Source: Neoechinorhynchus agilis
Lineage: Eukaryota > Animalia > Acanthocephala
Direction of reading: 5' to 3'
Length of the DNA stretch: 64,000 nucleotides
Assembly: GCA_051530055.1 (NCBI GenBank)
Contig: CM121343.1
Location: 2,884,389-2,948,388 of the forward strand
The notes beneath the pieces were generated by a model, which had not been told where the DNA came from, ran no database searches, and was given only the letters and a program-made list of their open reading frames with translations. How positions within the stretch are numbered: position 1 is the first letter of the stretch; the number at the start of each line of letters is the position of its first letter. Positions 49,601 through 61,195 of the stretch are shown in pieces. The translations under genes were made by a program, and so were the position numbers.

Positions 49601-52600
49601 ACCTGAGGAAAGACTAACCTTACAAACTCTCCTGCAAACAATATCCGCCAAAAGGTGTTATTATTGTACTCGAGTTAAACAGTAGAAAACACCATTTTAG
49701 ATGACTAATAATGCGAGGCTTCGTCGCGAATAAAATACTTTCTATCTAGGATTATGATCGCCATATCTCAACCATTTTGCTGACTTTACAACTTTAAAAA
49801 TAAACAACTAATTATTGTTGTTGTTTTATGCCGTTTTAGGAGATTAAAAAGTAAATGAACCAAATCAGCGCCACAGTCATCCCTACGCTGGCGGTATGGC
49901 ATATTCTAACCGCAAAATAAAGTGAGAAGGTTTTTTTCATGTCACCCATCAATAAAATGGCATGGAATTCACAAACGAGAGAAAAAATTAGAATGTTCAC
50001 TTAAACTTTTTTGTAGCGAGTTGTCCTAGGCCACAACAAAATCCTGCTAACATTTTGGCGCGATTCGATTATGCTAAAAAACAACCGCTTGAAGACCGGA
50101 CTTTTCCACTACTTAGCTATTTTGGATTATTTGTTTCACGGAAGGAAATGTTCTACTCTGGGCACACCCCGTATTCATAAGTTGAGACCAGTTTGAAGAA
50201 AACGCAACAAATGCGAGGATCTTATAGCACCACAGCTTTATTCTGGTTAATCGAGACAAATTAGACGCTTGACAGCTCGGTAATTCGTTCGGAAAAAGAT
50301 CAATATGCGAAGGTATCTCGGCGACATACCGAGTGTTTTAATATAGTTAATCGAGATCTTTACGCGATGTTTAAAAAAATTAGAAGTTTTGGTAACGAAA
50401 TTAGCAAAAATCGCGAAGCTGAAGGACAAAGCACGTATTTCCCGGAAAATACGCATTGCGGAATCGCCAAGTTCGTCGAAAATGTCTGAAGATAAACAAT
50501 TAGCAGCTCGTTTTGTCTGCAGTGAATGTTAAATTACCTATTTGAAATACGTACGAGGAACACAGCGAGAGTCAGGAAGGAAATACCAACACTGATTTGA
50601 TGATAACGTCGAGGAGATAAATTGATCCATCGAGCATTATATTAAAGAACCGTGTTCTCGTGTAATTAACGCAATTCTTTATGGAAGCATTCCTTGTTTT
50701 CTGGGCGTACTTGATTGGAGCCATCGATCCATTCACTGTGAAGATGCCGGAATCTACGGACGTGGCACTACTTGATTGTTCAAAACACTCGGTGATTCCT
50801 AGCGGCGATTATGAATGCTTACAACAAACCAGTGAAGTAAACTTCAGGAACCTTGTTGATCTGAGGCTTGGTAACACAAATGTATTTTTTCATGTACCAC
50901 ATTCTGGATTTCTGAGTCCGCTGTATATGTTGGAAAGACAGATACATGACAATCTTGATACTCAAACGCTCGAAAACGATTACAAAGTGCATCCTTCTTC
51001 AATGTAGATTCCATTAGGCAGAAGTATGTACTCGATATACAACTCCTTTCCGCCACAAACAATGTAAACTGCAAAGCTTTTCCGCTCTTATTCCAATGGT
51101 TGAGATTATCTTAAGCGACGTGTCAGAAACCATAAAGTCCACGCCTTTTTTTCTCCTAAATAAGGTTCATAGCAAATATGTAGACGTCGCTGAAGATGTG
51201 AATATCGCGACTTTTGGCCAAAATAACAATCTCGAGTTTTATGTCAAATACGTCAATCTACTTGGTGGTATTATTGATCACATGGAAACGTATTTTGATC
51301 ATTCCATTGTTATCGAATTCACGTTTCACACCGTAAAGAGGTCAGACTTCACTTGTATATTCTTGTTCTTCAAATTATTCCTGTGTAGAAAGGTGATCTG
51401 CCCCACGCACATTAAATCCCGAATACCTTGTTGAATTTCCAATCATTACCCAATCTCCAATACTGATCCCAAACCTTGGCTTACCAGTATTTCTAAGCTT
51501 AAGGAAGATAAGACAAAGGAAATATTGATAGTAGCACAAACCATAGTCTTTAGAAAGCAACAATTGCCATTTCACCACCATGGTTTCATTTTTGTATATT
51601 TACTCAGAGTCCATTAAGAATGAAATTTATCGTCGATATTTTTTAATGTTTTTTGGTTGGGGATTGCACCTAGAAGTCATCCTGAATAGATAAGGAAAGC
51701 ATTTGCATCGGATTTGGTTTGAATGGCGATAATTTGATCGAGTTTCAGGCACGCAGATTCGGTAGAACAAGCTTGGTATCGTTCGCGGAATACTTTAATG
51801 GAAACGATTTCGACTTTGCATTGGGAAATAATTCATTGGGACACCACATTCGTCTCAAAAATATCGGTGCAGTATTACCGGATGCTGACGATATCGGGGA
51901 GGTACCGTGCATACGAAATACGAGAATTACACTGGCTCATAGATTCTCGGATCACAAAAGCAGTGCAGTTTCAATCGCCTTCCCGAAAAAACGAAACTTT
52001 ACTCGAATCGAATTGAAAAAGATTTCAGACGCAATCTGTCAATTCGTTTACCAAAGAAAGGAAATATTTGGCAGTACCGTCGTAGCCATGAAGTCAAATG
52101 CGTGGTCCATATTTGACTAAAAAATTTTTAATGAACGGAAAATTAATATGCACGGCTCAATACAAGAATAAGCTTCCGTAATAAATAATTGACACTTGGG
52201 CATTGTAATAAATAGAATCTTTATTTTCGAGCTTTAGGTTTGTAGCCAGACTCCTTTGGAACCATCCTAAAAGCTCTACTTATATCCCGGGCGATTGTAA
52301 GAGGATTATGTTTCCGTGGACAGTCCGAAGGAGAGTTCTGGACATCAGATCGACAAAGCCCCAGAACTGCTCGCTACTTTAACGCACATTTAAGAAGCTG
52401 CAAGACGGCAAAAGTCTATTATTACAGAAGTCCGTTTAGGTGTCCATTTTCGAACATAAAACTTGATTATGTGGCTGGAGCAAAAACAGCATCGACAAGT
52501 TCCAAAGTGGACATTTCGCAAGTTTCAATTTCAAAAAACTTCATCGACGGAACTGAATTAAAAATTGTCCACGGTAAGCCTTTAAATAATTGGTCGAAAC

Positions 52601-52619
52601 TTTACAGCTAATTATAATC

Positions 52620-52720
52620 AAAAAATAAGCATTGCGGTGCAGCGGGGCAATGCGGCTAGCATTTTGGCCAGCGCCGATGAATAGGGGCGTCAAAGAAACT
52701 ATAAATTATGTATGCTTGAA
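52620..52720 (+). mobile_element. Isolated CRE-like 3' terminus
   Basis: AAAATAAGCATTGCGGTGCAGCGGGGCAATGCGGCTAGC...GAAACTATAAATTATG is nearly identical to the reverse complement of 6290-6390. Confidence 0.8.
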
Positions 52721-53021
52721 AAAAATATAGATAATGAACAAATTCCCTTTAAACTTTGTAATAAAACGTGTTATTATTAAAAAAATTATAATAATTGATT
52801 TATTTGATACTATTCGGCATAAAGGCCTACGTGAAGGGCTAAAATTATCAATTATTTGATAATTCGCTATAAAAAAGTTAAAATGATGAACATCTTTACA
52901 AATTGGTCGAAACGTCAATCCGAAATTTTCTAATTTGCGTTTGTCTACGTCATCTGCCCCGAAAGAATCATAACGATGGAATGAATAGAAGGTCGCATGG
53001 ATGCGCGTATTGGTGATATCC

Positions 53022-53495
53022 ATGGTGAGTTTCGACTTTATTTCTGTGTTCAATGTGAATTTGGAAGGCGTCGCCACTTATAATTACAGGGGCCGTATTG
53101 GCTGCATTGGGGTTGGCCGGATCGGCCATCACGCGCTACGCACCGCGTGTCTTAAAAAATCTTGAAAAGAAATTGGAGCGACAATTATGGATGCAATCGT
53201 TGGATGGCATTCGGTATTATAGAGGTGGGTTTGAATCAAAAATGTCTCGGCGTGAAGCGGCTCTCATTTTGGGCATAAGTCCTAGTGCCGCTCCAAGTAA
53301 AGTGCGAGATGCCTACCGGCGCATAATACTTATAAATCATCCAGATAAAGGTTAGCGATTTTTAAATTCTATGTTCGTGCAAGTAGTTTTTTTTCGGTAG
53401 GTGGATCACAATACATTGCTTCTAAAATCAACGAAGCGAAGATGTTATTAGATGGCAAAGCTAAACGAGAAAATCCCAATCGATATGACCAATAA
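53022..53495 (+). CDS. DNAJC19: Mitochondrial import motor J-protein TIM14/PAM18 (3 exons; first coding exon is ATG only)
   Basis: M|ASPLIITG..YYRGGFESKMSRREAALILG..HPDKG|GSQYIASKINEAK; GT-AG introns 53025-53067 and 53351-53400. Confidence 0.95.
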
Positions 53496-53561
53496 ATTGA
53501 TTTTCGATAATTTTGTTTGAGCTTATTGGCAGCTACGAAAGAATGAGATACTTTTTTAGAT

Positions 53562-53876
53562 ATGCATCATCCTTACGGGTTTTTGAAGCTTGGCGATCCA
53601 AACTTTCAAGAAGCCGCCCGTCCGAGGTATAAGGCCTTCCGTCCTACGATTGCAGTGGCACCGTTGATTGGCTGCGTTGTGTTTGGAATCGGACTCGGAA
53701 TGTTTGCGTTATATAGGCAGACGTTCGTAAATCCTGACTCGTTCAAAAAGAAGCCCGTACTTGATCCTTGGGAACGATTTTTCACTCCTGATGGAAAACC
53801 AATCACTTTTAAGTTAGTTAGCCTCCCGAGTGGTTCGGATAAGCATTATCGCGACTCCGAACGTCCAACTTTTTAG
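53562..53876 (+). CDS. NDUFA4: NDUFA4/COXFA4-family cytochrome oxidase subunit
   Basis: APLIGCV..G..R...NPD..PWE..FKLVS...ERPTF follows the NDUFA4 pattern (PL, TM helix, NPD, PW, YKF, ERPDF). Confidence 0.7.
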   Translation: MHHPYGFLKLGDPNFQEAARPRYKAFRPTIAVAPLIGCVVFGIGLGMFALYRQTFVNPDSFKKKPVLDPWERFFTPDGKPITFKLVSLPSGSDKHYRDSERPTF

Positions 53877-53948
53877 AAAAACGGGGTTTTTTCCGATTGT
53901 GCCATACATCAAATGTGCCCTTGCGTTTCCCCTGCACTTCAGACATCA

Positions 53949-54956
53949 ATGGCAGTTGAGCATCCTGGGCTTCAAAGCGAGCTGAAACTCGTCTCCGATG
54001 AATTGACAGCGATTGATGGTAAGCTGACTGATATTTTACAGGAACAGAAGATTTTGTCCGCCGGGTCCTTTGTGAGCGGTGCTAGATATCGGCACCGTCG
54101 TCTTCGGCAACAGTCGTTATCGCAGCATCACCAATCGATGGAGGATTTATCAACATCATTTGCGAATGATGTCCTGGAGGATGGTGAAATCAGCGGTGAT
54201 GAGGATTGTGAGTGCTCGACTAAATCGAAAAAACTGCAATCACGAGTGGTAATGATGGATCGTGTCCTGAAAAGCAGAGATGAGTTAGTGGGCTTGGTAA
54301 GTAAGGTTCCGCATCGCGAGATGGTGAACACCGTCGAAGCAAATGAGCAGTGGAAGCGTCGAAATCAGCGGATGTTTGGATTTATGATGAATACTTTAAA
54401 TTTGTGAGCTAATCTTAATGTTCTGATGCTAAGATTGGGTCATATAAAGGATTTTAAACAAAAGGCAGAATGTGAGGAGGACCCCGGTGCCAAACGGTGC
54501 CGAGAAGTGGAAAAGAAACACGAAGAACAAATTATGATTGAACACCGACGTCTTGCACGGCTGCGAATGGAGCTTATACAGCAAAAGCGGAAGATGCTTA
54601 GAAAACACGAACAACTTGAAAACAAAATGTATATTGTGAATCAAAAGGGAGAATGGGCAAGGACTGAAAAGTCTCTGTCAAAGTTTATTCGATCAAGGGC
54701 ACAGCCTAACATTTTTTGGGTTCCAAAGAAACACAATTCAAGGACTCGTTCTCGTTTAGACAGAAGTTCCGAGTACGTGCGAATTGGAGTGAGACGGAGA
54801 GTAGAATTATTAGATGCTGATTATAGGGATATATGCGAACAAGAAGAGGAGGATCGAAATTCGACTCTGGATGACCAACGGACAACAGAAAAATATATGG
54901 TAACGCATGTTGAAGTAAACGAGCCGATTGATGACAAAAAAGATAGAATGTCCTAA
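53949..54956 (+). CDS. PNN: Pinin (SDK2/memA)
   Basis: MAVE..LQSELK (N-terminal coil), KRRNQRMFGFMMNTL|KDFKQ, and IRSRAQPNIFWVPK. Confidence 0.9.
54397..54444 (+). other. Putative non-canonical TA-flanked hairpin intron (48 nt) in pinin
   Basis: TAAATTTGTGAGCTAATCTTAATGTTCTGATGCTAAGATTGGGTCATA|TA; 12 of 13 stem pairs. Removal gives MMNTLKDFKQ, colinear with the pinin consensus LMGTLQKFKQ. Confidence 0.78.
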
Positions 54957-55789
54957 TCGCCTGTTTCAATTTTAACACTGAGAGATTCAATACCGCCGAA
55001 CAGCATTTTACTATTGCCTACCGTTGTTCCTCTCTGGAAACTCAAAAAATCTTGATAGAACGTAAAACGACTCGTTTTTGCCCATTTCCCATGTGATTGA
55101 ATTATACACGTTTACCACATTTAAAGTTCGTTCGATAAGCTCCTCCTATTTGGCGAAATCAAAATCTTAGGTAGATTCAACTTTAATTCGTCGTCGTCAA
55201 ATTAAATCCCTAGCGTCCTAGAATCTCCGTTGATATCTACTCCTATAAATTGCTAAACGGTCGATATTGATAAATGCGCAATTATTTAGTGACCATTTTT
55301 GTAAATTGGTCTTGTTGTTTTCGTGTTCTCAAACGATTCGATATTTGCTATTGAAATTCATTTACATTGGATATTACGTCTTTTAAACTGCATTAAAAAC
55401 CCAAATTCTTTTTTGATATTAATGAAAAGACATTTTGACTGTATTGACCAAAAGGAACTTTAGGGAGTAAGGAATTTCCATTTTATTGTCCGATGTGTAA
55501 ACTTCGCCAGTTTTTTGGCATCAATCATACAAGTTGTGTTGAGAGTGACGAAGTTTTCTAAAAAAAGTTGTATTCAATGATTAGCCTGATATTGAAAAGT
55601 AATGTTTATATTAAAAAAATTGTTGTTTGTGATTATTAATTGGTGCTGGTGCATGAACGATTTATTTTTGATAGTTATTTTGGTTTTTTCAATATAAAGA
55701 TTCCTCCCTAATGTCTAACGGCAAGCCGGTTATATTAATTAGTGTTTTTTTGAACATTACTTACTCCGCTGTTCCTTTAGGCACACAGA

Positions 55790-57300
55790 CAGAAGTGAAT
55801 AAAACTTTTTAAAAAAGATACGAATATGAGTTTTGTACGAATCCAGATTCCTCCATACAACGAGGTATTTCGTTCCCTTTGGTTGTGAGTCATCAGCGAT
55901 CGTGGATTTGAAACCTTTGACCCTGCCAGTAGACATTAGAGAATTCAACACTTACCCCGAGATATAAAACTATCTGAGCTTGTACATTCCTTAGTTTGTT
56001 GAGGTGGTCAAGTGGCATTGAGCCCTGTTTCAGGGTTAAATGATTAAAAATCCATTATCGTCGATGACGCATCATAACCAAAGGGGACGAAATACCTCGT
56101 TGAATGGAGTAGGAAACTCACGAGTCCTACCTCCTCGAGAGGAATCTGAGAATCCGGAGTACTGAGCACAAAACTCTTAACCGTATATTTCAGGGAATCA
56201 AGTGATTCAATCACTTCTCTGATGCTCAAGCAATAAAATTATCAGTCGTGTAATGATGGCCTCAATACTAAAAAACAAAGAAAATATTTTACGTCTGGAT
56301 AGTCCGGTACATTTTATTCTCTAAGTGTTGATAATTTTATTGTTTAATCACTTGATTCCCCGGATCCTCAGATACCTCCCGAGGGGGTAGTACTCGTGAG
56401 TTTCCTAAGGTCGCCGATGACTCACAACCAAAAGGGACGAAATATCCCGATGGAGGGAGGAAACTCACGAGTCCTACCTCCTCGGGAGGAATCTTAGGAT
56501 CCGGAGTACGGAGCACAAAACTCTTAACCGTATGTTTCAGGGAATCAAGTGATTCAATCACTTTCCTGATGCTCAAGCAATAAAATTATCAGCCGTGTAA
56601 TGATGGCCACAACACTAAAAAACAAAGAAAATATTTTGCGTCTGGATAGTCCGGTACATTTTATTGCTTGATCGCTTGATTCCCCGGATCCTAAGATACC
56701 TCCCGAGGGGGTAGTACTCGTGAGTTTCCTAAGGTCGCCGATGACTCACAACCAAAGGGGACGAAATATCCCGATGGAGGGAGTATGAAACTTATTGATG
56801 ATTCCCATCTCCTCGGGAGGAATCTTAGGATCCGGAGTACTGAGCACAAAACTCAACAGTATGTTTCAGGGAATCAAGTGATTCAATCACTTTCCTGATG
56901 CTCAAGCAATAAAATTATCAGCCGTGTAATGATGGCCACAACACTAAAAAACAAAGAAAATATTTTGCGTCTGGATAGTCCGGTACATTTTATTCTCTAA
57001 GTGTTGATAATTTTATTGCTTAATCACTTGATTCCCTGAAACGTACGGTTATGAGCTTTGTACGAATCAATCCGGATCCTCCGATACCTCCTGAGGAGGT
57101 AGGACTCATCAATGAGTTTCATACTCCCTTCATCGAGGTATTTCGTCCCCTTTGGTTGAGAGTCATCGGCGACCTTAGAAAACTCACTGATGAGCCCCAC
57201 CTCCTCGGGAGGAATCTTAGGATCCGGAGTACTGAGTACAAACCCCTTAATCCTATGGTTCAGCAGGATATTAAGTGATTCAATCACTTCCCTTATCCAA
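55790..57300. repeat. Second tandem array of the foldback unit (~4 copies plus a degenerate lead-in)
   Basis: Near-identical units and the same orientation as 13255-14995 (e.g. track ORF 57051-57278 equals 14355-14582). Confidence 0.95.
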
Positions 57301-58538
57301 GATATCGGTTGGCTGTGTACCTAAAGGAAAAAAGCCGAGTAAGGAATGCTCTAAAACAAATAAAGACTTCAAACAACGTGTCTCTACTCGTAATTTTTGT
57401 CCGCTTCGAAAAATCTTAAAAGCTAATAAGTTTACTATCTCATAATTTGCACATTAGGTTCTGAAGTTTCAGTATACAAATCCCCTTGGGAAGATACAAC
57501 GGCATAAAAGTTGTAGTAGATTAAAATGGTTTCAGCAATTTCAGAATATGTTGCAGAATAAATTTAGTCGAATGCTTAAAACCCTTGGGTTTGTATTTTC
57601 CAATGTTGGGATAACACATCTCCAATTCTTCAGATCGATTATCAGGTTACTTTAGTGGAAATGCGTTCACTTTTTTAAATTGGCGATGCAGTCATCATTT
57701 CCTCCAATAAAAAATAATTGATTGAATCGAAATATTTCGCGAAAGAGTTCGTGTGTAAACCACTTAATAACTTATAAGGCGACGCTTCCTTGCGAAATAT
57801 TTCTACTCAATATTTTCCATCCAAGATTTTGATCAACGCATCTCCAATTCCTTGGTGGAAATGCGGTTACTTTTTTTAAATTGGCGATCTAATCATCATT
57901 TTCCTCAAATAAAAGATAATTCAATGAATCTTTTTTATTTTGCGAGAAAGTCTTACCTCATCAGTCACCTAGAGAGGTATTTCGAATCAATTAAATATGT
58001 TTTATCCTGGAGATTTCGATCACCGTCATCTCCAAGGATTTCTATTGGTTATTCATATTCTTTTTCAAAAAGTACGCTCAATTGCATTTAATTATCAGTT
58101 CCACGTGCATTCCGAGATCAATGTAATTGAAGAAATCTCTAGCAGGTAAATGAAATTTCGGGATATATCATGATTGAATTGTTCTTTGCGAAAATCAAGT
58201 ATTCCTATGCGATTTCTCACAAATAGCTCGACTACGGAGACGTATTATTTTAATTAGTGCTCGACAATTGAGTTGATGGGCTAAAAACCTCTAACAAATC
58301 TTTATTTATTCGCACACTTGACTTTCTCTTTCACTTATTTTAACTTCATCAGTCGTTGATAGGACGTTAATTCCTTTTATTTCCGTAAAACGCGATATGC
58401 GCCTCATCATATCCATAGCATCCTCTATCGACGGCGTAGGTCTCGCAACAGCAACTATTGGAGGCCCAGCGAGAATTCCCCTCATTTCTGATCTACGCTA
58501 ATTAAGCAATTTCTTTGGTTGGAATTATGTGAGAATAC

Positions 58539-59150
58539 TCACCTCAAACGCCGCCTCTCGTCCAACCTGGATTGTTCGTGAAATTTCTCATACACGTCCG
58601 TGTTATCCGGACGAGTATCGACGCGAGCCGGGTCGATCTTATCCGCCTTTTCGATTTCTATGTACTTGGGAACATCGTCAGATGGAACGGTTGCAACTTT
58701 TAGATCAACCGAATCAGCCGATTTCTGCTCCGTGTGTTTCGAAAGCTCGCGATAAATTTCTGCCCAGTGATTATCCTTTATTTTCTGAAACTTCCATCTC
58801 GAACCGAGCATCCCTTCAACCAATTCAACGCTTGAGAGTCTTTCCACATTTTCTTCACCAGTGCATCCGTAAGATTTTTTTTCGGATTTATCAGCGGGTG
58901 GTTCTGTCTGAACCATCACATCTTTTGCGTTCAAATATGCAAATTTGTTCATAATTTCATCGGTTAAAGTAACCCCGTTCAGGATATCCGGATGTTTTGC
59001 CAGATTGATTGCGAGTTTTTCTGTTTGGACGTCGTACTTTTCATCCGATTTCTTCAATTCTGCGTCTAAATTCAATTCATAGTCAGCTGAACTCTCTTCT
59101 AATTTCGCGGCCGGTTTAACCGAGCGCTGTAGTGTTGAACATTTCGACAT
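58539..59150 (-). CDS. Uncharacterised 203-aa ORF, weak NDUFAF4-like resemblance
   Basis: ATG-initiated open frame with normal composition. Only loose motif similarity (LAKHPDIL, LSSVELVEGML, WAEI, PKY); the 5' end is unresolved. Confidence 0.4.
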   Translation of the reverse strand: MSKCSTLQRSVKPAAKLEESSADYELNLDAELKKSDEKYDVQTEKLAINLAKHPDILNGVTLTDEIMNKFAYLNAKDVMVQTEPPADKSEKKSYGCTGEENVERLSSVELVEGMLGSRWKFQKIKDNHWAEIYRELSKHTEQKSADSVDLKVATVPSDDVPKYIEIEKADKIDPARVDTRPDNTDVYEKFHEQSRLDERRRLR

Positions 59151-59454
59151 CTGATAACGAACATTTTTCTATATCATCAAGAGAAAATCCTTCGGGCCGA
59201 TAGAGTTGGAGATGTACTGATCATAATCTCCCGAATAAAACATATTGAGATATTTCGAAAGAGGAAGTCTCGCCTTATACTGTCCTAGATTCTCGTCGAG
59301 GAGACTTCATCCTTTGTGATTAAGAAAATAGAGAGCCGTGAAAAAAGAAAATACAAAATAACAGTGACCGGCTAGCCAGATTTTAAAAAACCCAATGAAA
59401 ATAGACATTAATTTATAGAAAATTGTCGTTGGGGTGAATTTGAGGTTGGCGATG

Positions 59455-59745
59455 TTTTTCCCCCGGATTGTTGTTAGTGTTGATCATTTAAAATATTTCG
59501 TAGCAGGAAATTTAACCATGGAGGCTAACAAAGCGAATCATACGCTTGTAGTTTCGAAAATTCATGACAAAACAAAAACGTTAAATCACCGCAGCTTGGT
59601 GAACCCGTGGATCCACGTCCATAGTCCAATTTTGACTTTAGCTTAATTTTTAGATATAACTGAAGAGGTAAGCAAAAAGCTTACGAAATATTTTAAAATA
59701 AATGATCAACACCAACAACAATCCGGGGGGAAAATATTGCCAAAC
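59455..59745. mobile_element. MITE-like element with ~50-bp inverted repeats
   Basis: TTTTTCCCCCGGATTGTTGTTAGTGTTGATCATTTAAAATATTT and its reverse complement near 59690-59745. Confidence 0.6.
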
Positions 59746-60659
59746 TCAATTTATTTCATGCAGAATCAAATTCGGGTGGAAAGATATTCTTGTTGAACGG
59801 ATTAAACCTCGAGACGTATTCTTTTATTCCGTTCAACAAGAATATTGATTTATTTCACATCTACGAAATGAATACTGAGAATTAATAAATCAATCTCTAT
59901 TTTCTTAAATTTCTTTACTAAAACCTGTTTAGATTAGGCTTCCTCTCGAATAAAATACTTTCTATTCGGTGCATTATGATCACCACAACTCCATTTGTCT
60001 TTTTGAATAGACGATTTTGAGTAACACGGAATTCTCCACTTTATTGAGCACTTCCTAACCCACTCGATTGATCTAAGGCATCAAAATCCGGATGAACTAT
60101 GGTTGTAAATCGAGATGGAGAACGTATTGGACAGATATTAGAAAAAAATAGATGAACTTTATTCTCAATGCAGATTTACGTATAATAAAAACAAGGATTA
60201 TCTGAATGAAAAGTTATGGAGTTTTCTGCATTGAACGATCAACCAACAATTAAATCAAGAAGCCCATTTTCTTTCGTGCAGTTTAAAACGTTAAGCAATC
60301 CACCGGCACCCTTTTATTCGGTTCTTAGCGTCTACGATTTAATTATCCTATCGAGCAGAATCATTCTGCTTATCTCTAAATCATACGATTCTAACATGGT
60401 TTGATATAATCAATGTTTAATTTGGATTCTAACAGTTCTGATTTGCAGAGTTTGCTATAAATGAACGTTCGACCAAAATATATCAATCTACTGACCCAGC
60501 GGCACATTACAAGTAGATTAAATAACTTCGATAAAGAAAGCCGAGTGGCGTGCACGTTCGAAACGCGCTCGATTGGTCGCTGGTTCAAGTCCACTGATCG
60601 CTGGGTTCTACGGGGGTTGTGCGAGGCTGCTCGAAGGGCTGGGATCAGGTTTGAGATCA

Positions 60660-61195
60660 CCCATCGGCCCGAGAAGAGGGTTGGTCCTGTCCCTTCGAGT
60701 GAGGTTGAGCGCTGACGAAGTATGTGAGTTGGCCGAGAGGCTCTCAAAAAGAAGGACAAAAGGCTCCGAAAAGACATGCCAGGCCCTGAGTGTATGCGAT
60801 TTAAGATAAATAAAAAAACTTCAATTTTTTGCCGCCCATCGGCCCGAGAAGAGGGTTGGTCCTGTCCCTTCGAGTGAGGTTGAGCGCTGACGAAGTATGT
60901 GAGTTGGCCGAGCGGCTCTCAAAAAGAAGGACAAAAGGCTCCGAAAAGACATGCCAGGCCCTGTGTGTATGCGATTTAAGATAAATAAAAATAAAGAAAA
61001 CTTCAATTTTTTGCCGCCCATCGGCCCGAGAAGAGGGTTGGTCCTGTCCCTTCGAGTGAGGCTGAGCGCTGACGAAGTATGTGAGTTGGCCGAGCGGCTC
61101 TCAAAAAGAAGAACAAAAGGCTCCCACAAAACATTCCGTGGGGCCCTGAGTGTATGCGATTTAAGATAAATAAAAATAAAGAAAACTTCAATTCT
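60660..61195. repeat. Tandem repeat, ~180-bp unit x3
   Basis: CCCATCGGCCCGAGAAGAGGGTTGGTCCTGTCCCTTCGAGTGAGG...GCGATTTAAGATAAATAAAA appears three times. Confidence 0.95.

Noticed and set aside
51740-51780. ARRFGRT resembling a terminase/ATPase Walker A motif
   Set aside because: The catalytic Lys is absent and no Walker B is recognisable.
59150-59300. In-frame TAG upstream of the 203-aa ORF as another TA-hairpin intron
   Set aside because: TA-to-TA segments of 3n length exist, but none has a convincing stem and there is no homology anchor.
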